From: Callorhinchus milii
Lineage: Eukaryota
DNA length: 64,000 nucleotides
NCBI RefSeq assembly: GCF_018977255.1
Contig: NW_024704743.1
Coordinates: 15,378,001-15,442,000, forward strand
Direction of reading: 5' to 3'
Shown: positions 63,750-64,000 of the stretch, one piece after another
Position numbering within the stretch: position 1 is the first letter of the stretch
How the letters are laid out: each line of letters opens with the position of its first letter
Notes under the pieces: model-generated
Databases searched by the model: none
What the model saw: the letters and a program-made list of their open reading frames with translations, nothing else
What the model was told of the DNA's origin: nothing
Program-made: the position numbers and the translations under genes

Positions 63750-64000
63750 TAATAATAATAATCATTGCATGTGATATAGCGCCTTATCACATCAATGAGA
63801 CATCTAAAGCGCTTCACAGAATATACTGTTAAATTAATTAATGGTACATTTTGTGGATAAAATTGGCTGCCCCATAAACAGTCATGGATTGAGGGACCAC
63901 ATTTTTTTTAATGAGTTTATTACCCCTGGAAAGTGATCCCCCAATTGACTGATGATGGGGTCCTACTTACTGCTGGGTAAACAGAGGCGTATGGAGTAAG
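63750..64000 (-). mobile_element. tRNA-Ala SINE (long), cut by the window end
   Basis: Tail, body and central segment visible. Confidence 0.85.

Noticed and set aside
25800..64000. Exons of a divergent neighbour such as SUSD5
   Set aside because: No Link- or Sushi-domain peptide or convincing spliced exon found by eye. The short ORFs at 35900, 54450 and 63100-63415 match nothing I recognise. Small exons could have been missed.
1..64000. CRISPR arrays, operons or prokaryotic defence systems
   Set aside because: The sequence is eukaryotic (spliceosomal introns, LINEs and SINEs), and there is no regularly spaced repeat-spacer array.

Overview
Vertebrate genomic DNA, very probably from a cartilaginous fish. 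This is inferred from its repeat set: Deu-domain tRNA-SINEs, CR1 with (ATTCTATG)n tails, L2 LINEs and a shark-type Penelope end. The only host gene I can support is the 5' part of FBXL2 on the minus strand. It has five coding exons (24930-24959, 17823-17884, 4729-4783, 3828-3902, 3550-3644), all with GT-AG junctions and matching phases. They encode MNGIARGRFE-VFSNNDEAPINKKLPKELLLR-IFSYLDVITLCRCAQVSK-AWNILALDGSNWQRIDLFNFQTDIE-GRVVENISKRCGGFLRQLSLRGCLSIGDASLK, and the gene continues past the left edge of the window. Its promoter is a CpG island (~24640-25790) with a CRE and two CCAAT boxes. The other ~38 kb upstream has no recognisable exon and is dominated by transposable elements: L2, CR1, RTE-like, tRNA/Deu-SINEs, pogo/Tigger-like and hAT MITEs. 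Nearly all long ORFs in the track are LINE fragments or their shadow frames. The most notable observations are: a minimal hammerhead-ribozyme motif (7159-7197, minus strand) in a Penelope fragment in FBXL2 intron 2, in sense with the pre-mRNA; a complex L2 insertion with a 56-bp target duplication and a locally templated inverted copy; a modular tRNA-Ala/CORE-like/Deu/L2-tail SINE; covarying 3' stem-loops shared by L2 LINEs and SINEs; and a Tigger-like MITE carrying NRF1/ZNF143-like motifs. I found no evidence of a new protein-coding system. Exon and motif coordinates were counted by hand; most repeat boundaries are approximate.
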